Positions 48,555-58,787 of a stretch of DNA of 64,000 bases are shown one piece after another. This DNA comes from Promethearchaeota archaeon (lineage in GTDB: Archaea; Asgardarchaeota; Lokiarchaeia; Sigyniarchaeales; SOKP01). The translations under genes and the position numbers were made by a program. The notes beneath the pieces were generated by a model. It searched no databases, was not told the origin of the DNA, and was given only the letters and a program-made list of their open reading frames with translations. Position 1 is the stretch's first letter. Each line of letters starts with the position of its first letter. The stretch covers positions 352,001 to 416,000 of the forward strand of contig JBHLNF010000002.1 of the NCBI GenBank assembly GCA_048937405.1. Direction: 5' to 3'.

Positions 48555-50471
48555 ATGCTCTCTTATCTTCCTTGTAAAAATTGTGGTTCTGGATTGCCTC
48601 TTGTAAAGGGATCAGATGCTAAGTGTCCTTATTGTGGGGCAAAATCTTCGTATATGGAATCCAAATTATCCTTAAAATATTATTTAAATGAAATTTTACA
48701 TATTGAATCAATTAAAAAAAAAAAAATTATTAAAGATTCAGAAATCGAAAGAAGAAAGGCTTTAATAAATTCTTTTTTTTCTAAGTTGAAATCTGATTTC
48801 AATGAATATAGACATTTAATTTTGACTAAATTGGATAAGATTAGTATTGATCCTATAAAACTATATATTTTAATTCGGTCTTCTGGTAATTTTGAAATTA
48901 TAATTGAAAAATATCTTTTAACTTATCTAAGAGATGAAGTTATAAGAAAAAAATATCGAGAATTTCGAGATATTGTTTATATAATCAATAAGTCTTCTTT
49001 AGGATTATATTTTAGTTATTTAGCTAGGAACTCATCATGCTTTGAAATTAGTTTTAAATATTATCAGTTTGTTGAAAAAAATTACAGAAATATTGTTGAT
49101 TTTTATAATATAACACAATTTGAGAATGATAATCCTAAAGTTAACGAAAAAAGAGTATTGTATGAGATTTTAACCGAATTTGCCATAATATTACGAGGAA
49201 TTCTAAACAAAAATCCTAAATATTATTCAAAAAAATTAGAGGATTTATTATTTAAACTAAATAGAATTAAAGCTAAGGGTTTTCATAAATATATTTTATA
49301 TTCTCAAATTGAAAGTATATACAAATTGGAACATAACACAAGTGTTTTATTAGAAAAAGTTAAACTTAGTAATCCATTTTTATTTACTTATTTTTTTGAG
49401 GAAAATTTTATTTATAATACAGAAGAAAATCTTAAGAAAATAAATAGTGTAAGAAATTGGATAAAAAATTTATCTGATAATTATCGATTATTTCAAGCAA
49501 ATCTTTTAAAATTACATTCTGGAAGACTAATTAATTATCTTGAATCATACAATACAGAATTTGCAAATTATGAATATTTCTATATTAAAAAATTCAATAG
49601 GTTACTTGAGGAAATGATTATGAGAGCTTTTGAGGTTTATAACTCTGAAGCTGTTGAAATTATAAAATTCGCTGGTGATCTTTTGTATGAAGATATATTC
49701 AATGAGGAAATTATTAAGAAGTTTGAAATTAAATATAATTATTTGATCAATTTAGATGAATCATTAAAAAAGTTTATTACAAATATTTTTCAAAAACCTC
49801 TTCTTCGAAAATTTACATCAGAATATTATAAAAAATTAACATCACTTATTTCAGTCAAACATTCAGAATTTGATCAACATATCTTAAAGTTTATCAATAG
49901 AATATTCCAATATTTCGAAGATTTTAGAAGTAAAAATATTCTCTCTTTAGAAGAACAAAAATATCAGTTTAAAAATAAAATTCAACCTACACTTCAAAAA
50001 CTTCTTAATCTTAGTTTCAATTTAAATGAGAGTATATTATCCTATCCTCTTTTCATTGATATCAAAGTACAAAATAAAACCTTAAAACAAAATAATCCCG
50101 AAACTATTAACCTTATTATTGAAAATCCTAATTTAACTGCTATTAAAGATATCAAGATTTATTTTTTCATGCCTACTTCTTTTCAATCTAAATTGAAATC
50201 TACTAGTATAAAAAGACTTAGAGTAAATGAAAGAAGAAAAATCAAGATTAAAATTACACCTAGAGATTATGGGACCTCTTTTTTTATGGTGATGGCAGAA
50301 TATCAACATACAAATAAAACTTTTTGGATGCCATCAATTAGACTTAAATTTAAAGTAGAAAGGGTCGAACAAATTGTTAAACATTATTACTATCGATACC
50401 CCAATTCGGGATTTTTTCAAAATGAAATAGATTTTTATAGGATCAATAGATTTGTAAAAAATTATGTTTAA
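48555..50471 (+). CDS. Hypothetical protein: N-terminal zinc ribbon, long helical region, C-terminal Ig-like domain
   Basis: CKNCG...CPYCG; INLIIENPN...IKDIKIYF...KIKITP..YG beta-sandwich pattern. Confidence 0.7.
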   Translation: MLSYLPCKNCGSGLPLVKGSDAKCPYCGAKSSYMESKLSLKYYLNEILHIESIKKKKIIKDSEIERRKALINSFFSKLKSDFNEYRHLILTKLDKISIDPIKLYILIRSSGNFEIIIEKYLLTYLRDEVIRKKYREFRDIVYIINKSSLGLYFSYLARNSSCFEISFKYYQFVEKNYRNIVDFYNITQFENDNPKVNEKRVLYEILTEFAIILRGILNKNPKYYSKKLEDLLFKLNRIKAKGFHKYILYSQIESIYKLEHNTSVLLEKVKLSNPFLFTYFFEENFIYNTEENLKKINSVRNWIKNLSDNYRLFQANLLKLHSGRLINYLESYNTEFANYEYFYIKKFNRLLEEMIMRAFEVYNSEAVEIIKFAGDLLYEDIFNEEIIKKFEIKYNYLINLDESLKKFITNIFQKPLLRKFTSEYYKKLTSLISVKHSEFDQHILKFINRIFQYFEDFRSKNILSLEEQKYQFKNKIQPTLQKLLNLSFNLNESILSYPLFIDIKVQNKTLKQNNPETINLIIENPNLTAIKDIKIYFFMPTSFQSKLKSTSIKRLRVNERRKIKIKITPRDYGTSFFMVMAEYQHTNKTFWMPSIRLKFKVERVEQIVKHYYYRYPNSGFFQNEIDFYRINRFVKNYV

Positions 50472-50534
50472 AACTTTAATTGAACTTTATTATAGAAATA
50501 AAAATCTTTTTGTAATTTAATTAACTTTTGTATT

Positions 50535-51647
50535 TTGAAAATGAATGATAGAGAAATTCAAGAATCTGAAAATCCTAATAAAAATACGACTATTAGGGAT
50601 AAAAATTGGTCCTTCTGTCCTGTTTGTGGAAATAAACTTCCAGAAGTCCAAAATCTTAGGTTCTGTATAAAATGTGGGATAAATCTTCAATATCTTAAGG
50701 AATATAAACAAATTAAGGCAAAAAGAAATGTAAATCCTTATATTATACCCACATTATCTCCCCAATCTCGCATACCTCAAATTAAGCATGAACCTAGAAA
50801 AATTTCAGATGAAGATATATTAAATACAAAAGAATCTGAATTATGGGGAACTTGGCCTTCAATTGGAATTCCTTTAGGAGCATTTTTATTAATGAATGTT
50901 TTAACAATCGTAATTCTTATTCCGCTTATCTTTATCTATTCTTTTAATTTGGATAGAATAATGGATTTTATGTTAAATCCTTATTTCATAATAGGTAGTA
51001 CATTTTTAGAACTTGTCTTTATTCTAGTACCTGTATTATATATTGGGCAATATCTTCAAAGACCTACTTTGAACAATAGACTTGGACTATTAGGATTTAC
51101 TAGAAGAAATTTTGATAGAGTTGGATTAATTAAAGAAATCTTAATTGGACTAGGACTTGCTTTAGTAGGGATCGGTTTAGTAATAGGAGTATCAATTTTG
51201 ACTGAGATCTTATTAGAAACTGTTTTTAATGTCACTTTTACTGATAGTTCAACTGAAACAGATATTATATTCACCTCCGCAGATGTTCTTAGTATTATCC
51301 TCTTTTCCATTGTGATGATTCTTATTGTTGGAACCTCTGAAGAGATATTATTTAGGGGATTTATGCAAAAAGGTTTAACTCGAAATTTAGGAAATTGGGG
51401 AGGAATATTACTTACGGCGTTGATTTTTGCAATGATTCATGTTATAGGAGTTTTTGTCTACCTAGATACTCCATTCTTGTTACTTATATCATTTCTTTAT
51501 TTGTTTATTCCATATTTTTCAATCTCACTTTTTTTGGGACTCATTTATTTTTGGCGAAATGAAAATCTGATAGCAGTTTCTATTACTCATGGGGTATATG
51601 ATGCATTAACAATTATCTTAGTGTTCATTTTTCCTAATTTTTTCTAA
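50535..51647 (+). CDS. CPBP (Abi/CAAX protease Rce1-like) intramembrane metalloprotease with N-terminal zinc ribbon
   Basis: FCPVCG..FCIKCG; EEILFRG, FAMIH, HGVYD motifs. Confidence 0.88.
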   Translation: MKMNDREIQESENPNKNTTIRDKNWSFCPVCGNKLPEVQNLRFCIKCGINLQYLKEYKQIKAKRNVNPYIIPTLSPQSRIPQIKHEPRKISDEDILNTKESELWGTWPSIGIPLGAFLLMNVLTIVILIPLIFIYSFNLDRIMDFMLNPYFIIGSTFLELVFILVPVLYIGQYLQRPTLNNRLGLLGFTRRNFDRVGLIKEILIGLGLALVGIGLVIGVSILTEILLETVFNVTFTDSSTETDIIFTSADVLSIILFSIVMILIVGTSEEILFRGFMQKGLTRNLGNWGGILLTALIFAMIHVIGVFVYLDTPFLLLISFLYLFIPYFSISLFLGLIYFWRNENLIAVSITHGVYDALTIILVFIFPNFF

Positions 51648-51669
51648 TTATTATATTAAGTTAGAAATT

Positions 51670-52524
51670 ATGATACAGAAATTCAAAGAAGCAGCAAAAG
51701 GAAAAAATTCTAATATTGGAATTGGGTTAGGCATATCTGAAGATCAAAATCAAAAAATCTTGCAAGCTAGTTTGAATTTTGTAAGGTCCAATAAAGCGAA
51801 TGTTTATCTTTTTGGTAATTCGAGTCATATAAATTCTCTTCGTGAGCAAACTCCAGAAAATTACTTAAATTCTCGAGTTAAATTTATTGAATGTCAAAAC
51901 CCTGAATTTACGATTTTATCTTCTTTAATTGACGATAGAATTCAATCTATTGTAAGAGGTTCTATGAGCTCAAATAAATTCTTAACTAATCTTAAAGATG
52001 AATTAAAAGTTAAAAAAATTAATAGATTAGCATTATTGGAAACATATTTTGGTCAAGAATTCTTCTTTGGACCAGTAGGGATTGATGAATGTAATAACCT
52101 TAAAAATAAAACCCATTTTTTAAATCTTGCAATACATATTTTGCACGAATTTGAAATAAATCCAAGAATAAGCATTTTAAGCGGGGGTAGAAAAAGTGAT
52201 ATCGGTAGGGACCGCAAAGTTGATAAATTAATTCAAGATGCTGATAAAATAGTTCACATTTTTAAAGAAAAAAATAAAAAACTGGAAATCTCTCATAATG
52301 AAATATTAATTGAACAAGCAATAGAAAGTAACTCAAATTTAATAATCGCCCCTGATGGTATCTCTGGAAATCTGATTTATCGTACATTGGTTCATTTAGG
52401 TGGAGGAAAAGCATATGGAGCAATATATATGGGATTAAAAAATATAATTGTCGATACCTCTAGAGTTGGAGATATTTCTGAAATACAAGGTGCTTTATTA
52501 TTAGCCCTTGCTTTATCAAAATAA
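51670..52524 (+). CDS. MtxX / methanogenesis marker 4 family protein (phosphotransacetylase-like)
   Basis: IVRGSMSS, RLALLE, GPVGIDE, LSGGR.SD.GR, APDGISGNLIYRTL, VDTSR. Confidence 0.85.
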   Translation: MIQKFKEAAKGKNSNIGIGLGISEDQNQKILQASLNFVRSNKANVYLFGNSSHINSLREQTPENYLNSRVKFIECQNPEFTILSSLIDDRIQSIVRGSMSSNKFLTNLKDELKVKKINRLALLETYFGQEFFFGPVGIDECNNLKNKTHFLNLAIHILHEFEINPRISILSGGRKSDIGRDRKVDKLIQDADKIVHIFKEKNKKLEISHNEILIEQAIESNSNLIIAPDGISGNLIYRTLVHLGGGKAYGAIYMGLKNIIVDTSRVGDISEIQGALLLALALSK

Positions 52525-52639
52525 TAATTATATTTTTTGTTCAATTTGATGAAATAAAAAGATCTATTAAAGAAAGAATCAAGATTATCAGAAAAACATA
52601 ATTAAAGTTTATAATAATAAAAAGGAAAAAAAAGTATAT

Positions 52640-52951
52640 TTAGCTTAAGGCTCCTATAAGTGTCGCAATAAGTACAACAATTCCACCAATCCAACTCCCA
52701 AATATAATTAGAAAAAGACCTAGTACCCCTAAAATAGTGGGTGTATAATGTATTGGTTTTATTCCTAATAGAATAACAATAATAGCAAGAGCAATAGCGA
52801 CGATATCGACATATAACCCAAAACTCCAAAATTCAAAAATGTCAATCAAATGTAGGATTGATTCGATCAGAGAAATTACTCCCCCAATTATAGCTACAAC
52901 ACACATAAACTTATCTGATGCTTGTAACTTACTCCATACCATTTTATTCAA
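52640..52951 (-). CDS. Small membrane protein
   Basis: Hydrophobic 103-aa ORF. Confidence 0.65.
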   Translation of the reverse strand: MNKMVWSKLQASDKFMCVVAIIGGVISLIESILHLIDIFEFWSFGLYVDIVAIALAIIVILLGIKPIHYTPTILGVLGLFLIIFGSWIGGIVVLIATLIGALS

Positions 52952-53077
52952 CTTTCTTATTTTTATTATTTTTTTATCAGAAAATAGATTAGAACAATTT
53001 ATAAATGTTAACTAAAAAGATGTAAGTAACATTAATAAGTAAAAAAATGGATTAATTTTTTTTTTAATAAAAACAAA

Positions 53078-53278
53078 TTAAGAGTATTTTTCAATAATAT
53101 AATTTTGTAAGGAACAAACATACTTCTCAAGATTTAATATTAGAATCCTCTGTTCTACTTCACGAAGATATGATACATCTAAATAATTAAACAATTCTTT
53201 TAATCTGCTTATATTATTGAATAATTCTGTGATTATTTTCCAATCATTAGCCCATTCGTGATCTTGAAATTCTTCCAT
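53078..53278 (-). CDS. Small hypothetical protein
   Basis: 66 aa, GGAGTGA SD-like sequence upstream. Confidence 0.6.
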   Translation of the reverse strand: MEEFQDHEWANDWKIITELFNNISRLKELFNYLDVSYLREVEQRILILNLEKYVCSLQNYIIEKYS

Positions 53279-53416
53279 CTGTATAATTTTTAATCACTCC
53301 CTTTAAGGGTTTTTTTTAAATATTATACAACAATTTGGTTTATAAAATGTTAAGATACTCGAAGAAAAGTAATTTACATTAGCATTAATTTAGAAAAGAA
53401 AAATTAAAATAATATG

Positions 53417-53450
53417 ATGAGAGAGGGGGGATTTAAAATTCTGACCATTT
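53417..53450 (-). repeat. Degenerate copy of the tRNA-Pro 3' end (candidate relic att site)
   Basis: 26/34 ungapped identity to 55206-55239. Confidence 0.55.
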
Positions 53451-53627
53451 ACTTTATATTGAGAGATTAAACAAACATAGGGATCTTCTTAAAAAGTGGA
53501 TCAATACAGTTTGAAAACTTATAAGAATTATGTGATATTTATTTTAATCAAATTAAACATTATTCATCAATAATGCTTATAAAATTATTTTATTCATTAT
53601 CTTCAATCATTAAGTCATTGTTTTAAT

Positions 53628-55091
53628 ATGCATTCAACACAATTTCAGTCTCTTATAAACACATTAAAATCAGGAAATATCTCAGATTTTATAAGTTTAG
53701 TCAAAAAACTTACTGAAAATAGCCTTTCTTATATTACAGATTCACAAAATTATGATAAATTCAGAACTAGTCTCAAAAAAGCTTATTATAATGCGCTCTC
53801 AAGATGCTTGTATACCATGCGATTTGATGAGTTTAGCCAATTATTTAACAATTCTGATAAGATTGGAATCTTTATTGATATCTCTAATATTGATGCTGTA
53901 AGAATTATTAGTCAATTACATGTAGATGGCATTAAAATTGGAGATACAGGTAGAATTATTAAACTTGTTAGCTTTTTTAATAAATACAATTTATTTGAGA
54001 GAAAGTTCACTGCTGAAGAATATAAAATAATTCAAGAAATAAAAGAGACTGATAAACTACTTATCAACACCTTAAAAGATTTATTTGGAAATGTTACTGA
54101 TTCATTAATATATTATGTCTGTAAAATAATGCCACAAGATTATATAGTATGGCTACGTGAACGAGAATTTGTAGTTGATCCCAATTTTTTAAAAAATTGG
54201 ACTGATAATTTTTCCATATATGGGTTAAGTGTTAGAAATTTAGGGAGAGTAGAAGATTTTATAAAAAAGGTTGAAACTAAACAAAGCTCCGAAAATTCAG
54301 ATAAGGATTTCATAACTTTAGAGTTTAATCCTCGCTACATAATTAGTTACAACGGACAACGTATTTTACGGGAATATCATGAAATACATCTTGTTTACCC
54401 AGAGAATATAATGAAAAACAAAGAAAAAATCTTAGATAAAGAAAATTATAATTTTTATAGTCTCTCAATGGTTATTTTTGGTGGATTAGGTCCAGAAGGG
54501 TTTGGTTTTACTTATTCTACTCCTAAAGGAGAAGTTATAGAAATTTGTTCTGATCAAAGGGAAACTGAAGCTATCATCATAAAATTCAAACAGTACCTAA
54601 AGAGAAAATTTTTAGATAAACTTGAAGAAGAAATGGTCAGTTTAAAAATAAATGTCGACATTAGAAGAAAAGTTATTAAATATTTATCAGATATTATTAA
54701 TCCCAAAGATCTAATTAGCTATCATGATAAAAATTCAATTTTAAAAAAAATAAGAAACTTCCTCTTTCAGTTTGATGAATTTCAGAAGATAAGAGAATCA
54801 GAACTTGAAGAGATCCTCCTAAATATTTCTATAGCAATTTCAATCATACTTAAAAATGTAAAACTTAAAGACCAATTCATGACTCGAATGGAATTAATAG
54901 TAAGTAATAAATTAAAATCTGAAGATTTAGCAAAACTCACGAGCTTAAAAGGAAAATCCCATTATGATGTATTGAGAGAAAGGATTTTTCTCCAAAATAA
55001 ACCAAAATGGTTTTTCAAAGATTATCCTGAAGAAATAAAAGAATTTGAAAAGGAATATAATAATGCAGTTAGAAGAACATGGAGATGGTAA
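53628..55091 (+). CDS. Hypothetical protein (487 aa) on a candidate tRNA-linked islet
   Basis: Long ORF with a conserved-looking core GGLGPEGFGFTYSTPKGEVIEICSD; family not recognised. Confidence 0.75.
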   Translation: MHSTQFQSLINTLKSGNISDFISLVKKLTENSLSYITDSQNYDKFRTSLKKAYYNALSRCLYTMRFDEFSQLFNNSDKIGIFIDISNIDAVRIISQLHVDGIKIGDTGRIIKLVSFFNKYNLFERKFTAEEYKIIQEIKETDKLLINTLKDLFGNVTDSLIYYVCKIMPQDYIVWLREREFVVDPNFLKNWTDNFSIYGLSVRNLGRVEDFIKKVETKQSSENSDKDFITLEFNPRYIISYNGQRILREYHEIHLVYPENIMKNKEKILDKENYNFYSLSMVIFGGLGPEGFGFTYSTPKGEVIEICSDQRETEAIIIKFKQYLKRKFLDKLEEEMVSLKINVDIRRKVIKYLSDIINPKDLISYHDKNSILKKIRNFLFQFDEFQKIRESELEEILLNISIAISIILKNVKLKDQFMTRMELIVSNKLKSEDLAKLTSLKGKSHYDVLRERIFLQNKPKWFFKDYPEEIKEFEKEYNNAVRRTWRW

Positions 55092-55206
55092 ATTAGGATT
55101 TTTAATATTACTTTTCAACTAATTGATTTTTTTTAAAATTGTTCCAATCAAGTGAAAGAACTTGGAATGAAATTTTTGAATTATTAAAACAAAAGTGTTG
55201 ATTTAA

Positions 55207-55340
55207 TGGGAGAGGAGGGATTTGAACCCCCGACCACTTGGCATCTGGAAACTATGCCAAAGCATTAATTTTCCCCAGCCAAATTAACTTGATTGGTTAA
55301 ATACCAATTAATGTATCATACCAATCTAGACTACCCTCCC
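55207..55340 (-). tRNA. tRNA-Pro(GGG) with two introns (27/28, 30 nt, 55283-55312; canonical 37/38, 30 nt, 55243-55272)
   Basis: Acceptor GGGAGGG/CTCTCCC, spliced anticodon arm CTTGG-CTGGGGG-CCAAG, T arm GGGGG-TTCAAAT-CCCTC; 74 nt after splicing. Confidence 0.88.
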
Positions 55341-55499
55341 ACTTAAGCAAGGGGTCAATATATTATGTAAAGAATAGTGAAAACTGTTAATTAAATCTTT
55401 TTTGTTTCAATTCCTTAAATTTAAACCAATAATTTTTAAATTCTTTTAAGAGTTTTCTATATTAAATTTTATATTATTTTTCTATTTATTTCTAAAAAC

Positions 55500-55796
55500 A
55501 TGCGTTCTAGAAAACCCTTTATTATCTTTTGGCCTCAATATTTTGATATAAAAAGAAGTCGTAGTGATGGCAGACGACTTCCTAAAAAATTTGCATGTGA
55601 AAAAGTTAGTTTAGAAGATATTGCTAAATCAGCAGAAAAGTTAGGTTATAAAACACAGATTGAAAGAGGATATAGATATTCAAGAACATGGTGGGATGAT
55701 GCAGGAAGAGTACTAATAGATGTAAAAGGTAAAAAAAAAAGTAAAGTAATGCTGGAAGTTGCGAAAGAAATTAGAAAGCTACATACAAAAGGTTAG
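55500..55796 (+). CDS. srp19: Signal recognition particle protein SRP19
   Basis: WPQYFD..RSRSDGRRLPK, YSRTWW..GRV, KSKVM motifs. Confidence 0.93.
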   Translation: MRSRKPFIIFWPQYFDIKRSRSDGRRLPKKFACEKVSLEDIAKSAEKLGYKTQIERGYRYSRTWWDDAGRVLIDVKGKKKSKVMLEVAKEIRKLHTKG

Positions 55797-55806
55797 TATC
55801 CTTATT

Positions 55807-56178
55807 ATGCATGAATTTTCCTTTGCTTATGACATTTTTAAGATTGCTGAAGCTACGGCACTTAAATATAATGCCAAACGAATAACTGAAGTTTTACTTG
55901 AAATAGGAGAGTTAACACTTATTGTACCCGAACTTCTTCAACGATCCTTTGAAATGGCTACAAAAGGGTCAATAGCTGAGGGTGCTAAATTAACGGTTAC
56001 AATAACGCCTGGAAAAGTTAAATGTCGAGAGTGTAATAAAGTCTCAGAAGTATCTATAACTCGAGAAGCACAATTAACCGGACTTCAGCTTTTTAAATGC
56101 TCTCATTGTGATAGTAATAATACGGAAATTATTGAAGGAAAAAAAGCTAATGTAAAGAATATTAAAATCCAAGAATAA
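55807..56178 (+). CDS. hypA: Hydrogenase nickel metallochaperone HypA
   Basis: MHE N-terminus (ATG at 55807), IGELT, CREC...CSHC. Confidence 0.93.
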   Translation: MHEFSFAYDIFKIAEATALKYNAKRITEVLLEIGELTLIVPELLQRSFEMATKGSIAEGAKLTVTITPGKVKCRECNKVSEVSITREAQLTGLQLFKCSHCDSNNTEIIEGKKANVKNIKIQE

Positions 56179-56241
56179 TCAACTTATAGATTTTGAAATC
56201 TTGGAAGTTAATCAAACCTATAAACAAATTATTTCTAAAAA

Positions 56242-56619
56242 TTAGACTAAAATACCATTAAGTAATCCATGTTGCCCTGGTCTGCTAGTTATTTTTGCAT
56301 TCCCTAATTCTGTCTCAACAATTGCTCCTTTTGTTAGTATGTGTCTTCGATTCAGATCCTTTGAAGCTTCATTACTTTCGAAACGTAGAATTCTAACTTT
56401 TTTTGTTTTATTCGTATTTGGATCTGTAACATTAATAAATTGTGTCGCAAATAATTTAACTTTATAATTCCCTCCCATCGTACGTTGTTTCTTATTTTTC
56501 TCTGGACCTATTTCAGTATCAATTCTAGGACGTTCTAATTCTCTTTTTCTTTTCTTTCTAAAGTGTTTATATTTCTTACCTGTGTATTTTCGCTTACTTC
56601 TTGCTTGAGACCTGGCCAT
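56242..56619 (-). CDS. rps8e: 30S ribosomal protein S8e
   Basis: RSKRKYTG, RTMGGNYK, LTKGAIVET, TSRPGQHG. Confidence 0.96.
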   Translation of the reverse strand: MARSQARSKRKYTGKKYKHFRKKRKRELERPRIDTEIGPEKNKKQRTMGGNYKVKLFATQFINVTDPNTNKTKKVRILRFESNEASKDLNRRHILTKGAIVETELGNAKITSRPGQHGLLNGILV

Positions 56620-56806
56620 GAAACATTTACCAACTTTTAGCTAGTATAATACTTGAAATAAGAAACGATATCTTTAAAATTTTTTTAAAAAACCCTCTTC
56701 CTTATAATTATGATTTATTAAAGTAAAATAAATATAGAACAAATTTTTATTTATTATATATCATTACTCTAACTATTCAATAAAACCGTATCTAATTTTT
56801 AGGAAA

Positions 56807-57448
56807 ATGATGGAAAATAACTTTCATAAAAAACAATTGGACTATGAACAATATGAGAAGATGCTCCAAACTGGGACAACAACCGTAGGTATTATGATAA
56901 AAGAAGGAGTTATTATCGCTACAGATTCACAAGCAACCGCTGGAACTTTCATAGCATCTAAACAAGCTCAAAAGTTATTTGAAATTAATAAATATACTGC
57001 AGCAACCATTGCAGGGGGAGTTGCGGACTGTCAATATGTCATAAATCAAATACGGGCTTTATCTCGGTTAAAGGAAATAGAAGAAGGAAAAGTTCCTGAG
57101 CCAAAATATGTAGCTAGTATTTGTCGTAATATCTTATTCGGTGGTAGAAGCTACTTTTTAAGTTTGATGATTGTGGGGGGTTATTCATTGAAAGAAAAAA
57201 TCGGCATACTATATGGGATCGATCTTCTAGGCACTCTATATGAAGAGAATAGTTATTTATCTTTTGGAAGTGGTAGTCCATTTAGTCTTGGAGTTTTAGA
57301 ATCTGAATGGAAACCCAACTTACCTAAAACAAAAGGTATTGATCTTGTTAAAACAGCTATAAACAGTTCAAAAGAAAGAGATTCGGGTTCTGGTTATGAA
57401 CTGCAAATCTGTACTATTGATAAGGACGGTTTTACAAAAGTTCAATAA
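56807..57448 (+). CDS. psmB: Proteasome subunit beta
   Basis: Propeptide then G/TTTVG, ATDSQAT, AGGVAD, GSGS, RDSGSG. Confidence 0.93.
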   Translation: MMENNFHKKQLDYEQYEKMLQTGTTTVGIMIKEGVIIATDSQATAGTFIASKQAQKLFEINKYTAATIAGGVADCQYVINQIRALSRLKEIEEGKVPEPKYVASICRNILFGGRSYFLSLMIVGGYSLKEKIGILYGIDLLGTLYEENSYLSFGSGSPFSLGVLESEWKPNLPKTKGIDLVKTAINSSKERDSGSGYELQICTIDKDGFTKVQ

Positions 57449-57464
57449 TCTATCTTATTTTAAG

Positions 57465-57956
57465 TTAAAAGTCTTTTAACTTTACTGAAATTTGTCTAAG
57501 TTCATTAAAAATATATATAAAACCATTTAATTTATCATTAATAGCATTCATAATTGTCCAGATTAAATGTTTAAACTTTGATATTCCGCTCTTGTAATAT
57601 CCTTCTATATATGGAATATCTATTCCACTTGGATAAGCATTTCCTGGATGAGAATGAAAAATACTGATTAATTGATAATTATACTCATTTAAATATGTAT
57701 TAGATATTTCTATAAGTTTAGTATAATCATCCATCAAAAAAGCAATTGGACTTTTATGTGTCGATTCAATACACTTAAATTTATATCCAAAATACTGATA
57801 TGAATAATCATCTTCACGGGAATTTTTTCTTTTTTCAACAATTGAACCAAAAATTAACCCACAAGCCTCATTGGGATTAGCTTTCTTTACACACTTTTTA
57901 ATTTCGTTAAAAACTTCAAGATCAATAATTAGAATTATATCTTCTTCAACTTTCAA
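57465..57956 (-). CDS. JAMM/Mov34 metalloprotease (short prokaryotic type)
   Basis: PNEACGLIFG ... IFHSHP...YPSGID. Confidence 0.88.
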   Translation of the reverse strand: MKVEEDIILIIDLEVFNEIKKCVKKANPNEACGLIFGSIVEKRKNSREDDYSYQYFGYKFKCIESTHKSPIAFLMDDYTKLIEISNTYLNEYNYQLISIFHSHPGNAYPSGIDIPYIEGYYKSGISKFKHLIWTIMNAINDKLNGFIYIFNELRQISVKLKDF

Positions 57957-57979
57957 TTGATAAATATCTAACCTCTTTA

Positions 57980-58654
57980 TTAAATTATTGTTAAAGCAGC
58001 ATTCAGAGCAGCTAGCCTTGCTTTTTCAGGATTTTCGCCAAGTCCTATAATAACAACGTCATTTTTTTCTAATTGAGATTTTTTACTAATGAATAGAGAG
58101 TTGATATATTTGAATGTCTCAGAATCAACTCTCATTTGTTCATCTTCATTTTCAGAACTTATATATGAAGGAAAAATTAAATCTTTTCCATTATATAGAA
58201 GACATGTTGCTCCTACACCTCCAATCTTAATAGCAGCATCTCTTTGTTCAATCCCCTTAGATATTTTGTCAGAAGCTTTTCTTACTAGACAGAAGTATGG
58301 ATTGCTACCATCAGATTTAATAACAATATCTCTTAATTCAGTTGGATCTCCTGCTACCATCAAAGGGATTTTTTGTTTAATTTTTTTTAGAAAATTCAAC
58401 CCTTCTCTGGTAAGAATATGACCCTTTCTCTTGTTTTCATCAGTTAAAACTATAATAAAGTTAGTATTTTCATTTAACTTCTTAATTAGAGATCTAGCGG
58501 TTCCAGAACCAATTAATAGTTCTTTTCGTAATCGATACCTTCCAATACCATCTTGATTTTCCTCAAATAAATATAATGCTAAAATAACATGCACTTTCTC
58601 AAATGAAGGCTTTATTGTAGGACTCTGAAATAAAGTATCTAATTCTTCAAGCAT
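57980..58654 (-). CDS. wHTH-containing DUF4443-like protein
   Basis: IGRYRL..EL.IGSGTARSL, GIEQRDAAIKIGGVGAT motifs. Confidence 0.7.
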   Translation of the reverse strand: MLEELDTLFQSPTIKPSFEKVHVILALYLFEENQDGIGRYRLRKELLIGSGTARSLIKKLNENTNFIIVLTDENKRKGHILTREGLNFLKKIKQKIPLMVAGDPTELRDIVIKSDGSNPYFCLVRKASDKISKGIEQRDAAIKIGGVGATCLLYNGKDLIFPSYISSENEDEQMRVDSETFKYINSLFISKKSQLEKNDVVIIGLGENPEKARLAALNAALTII

Positions 58655-58787
58655 TAATGCATTCCAATATAAATAATTAATATAAATAAGTTAAAAATAA
58701 ATTTAAATCAAAATGTAATTTTATTAAATATCTAGATTTCAAAAATTCTACTTTGCTAACCTTAATTACAAATAATTTTTCAATAAT

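Noticed and set aside
48714-48726. A13 homopolymer in a CDS as a phase-variation switch
   Set aside because: Frame is intact and long A/T runs are frequent throughout this AT-rich window
51670-52524. MtxX, MfnD-like and HypA genes as evidence of methanogenesis
   Set aside because: These families occur in non-methanogens with H4MPT/methanofuran C1 pathways; no mcr or mtr genes are in the window
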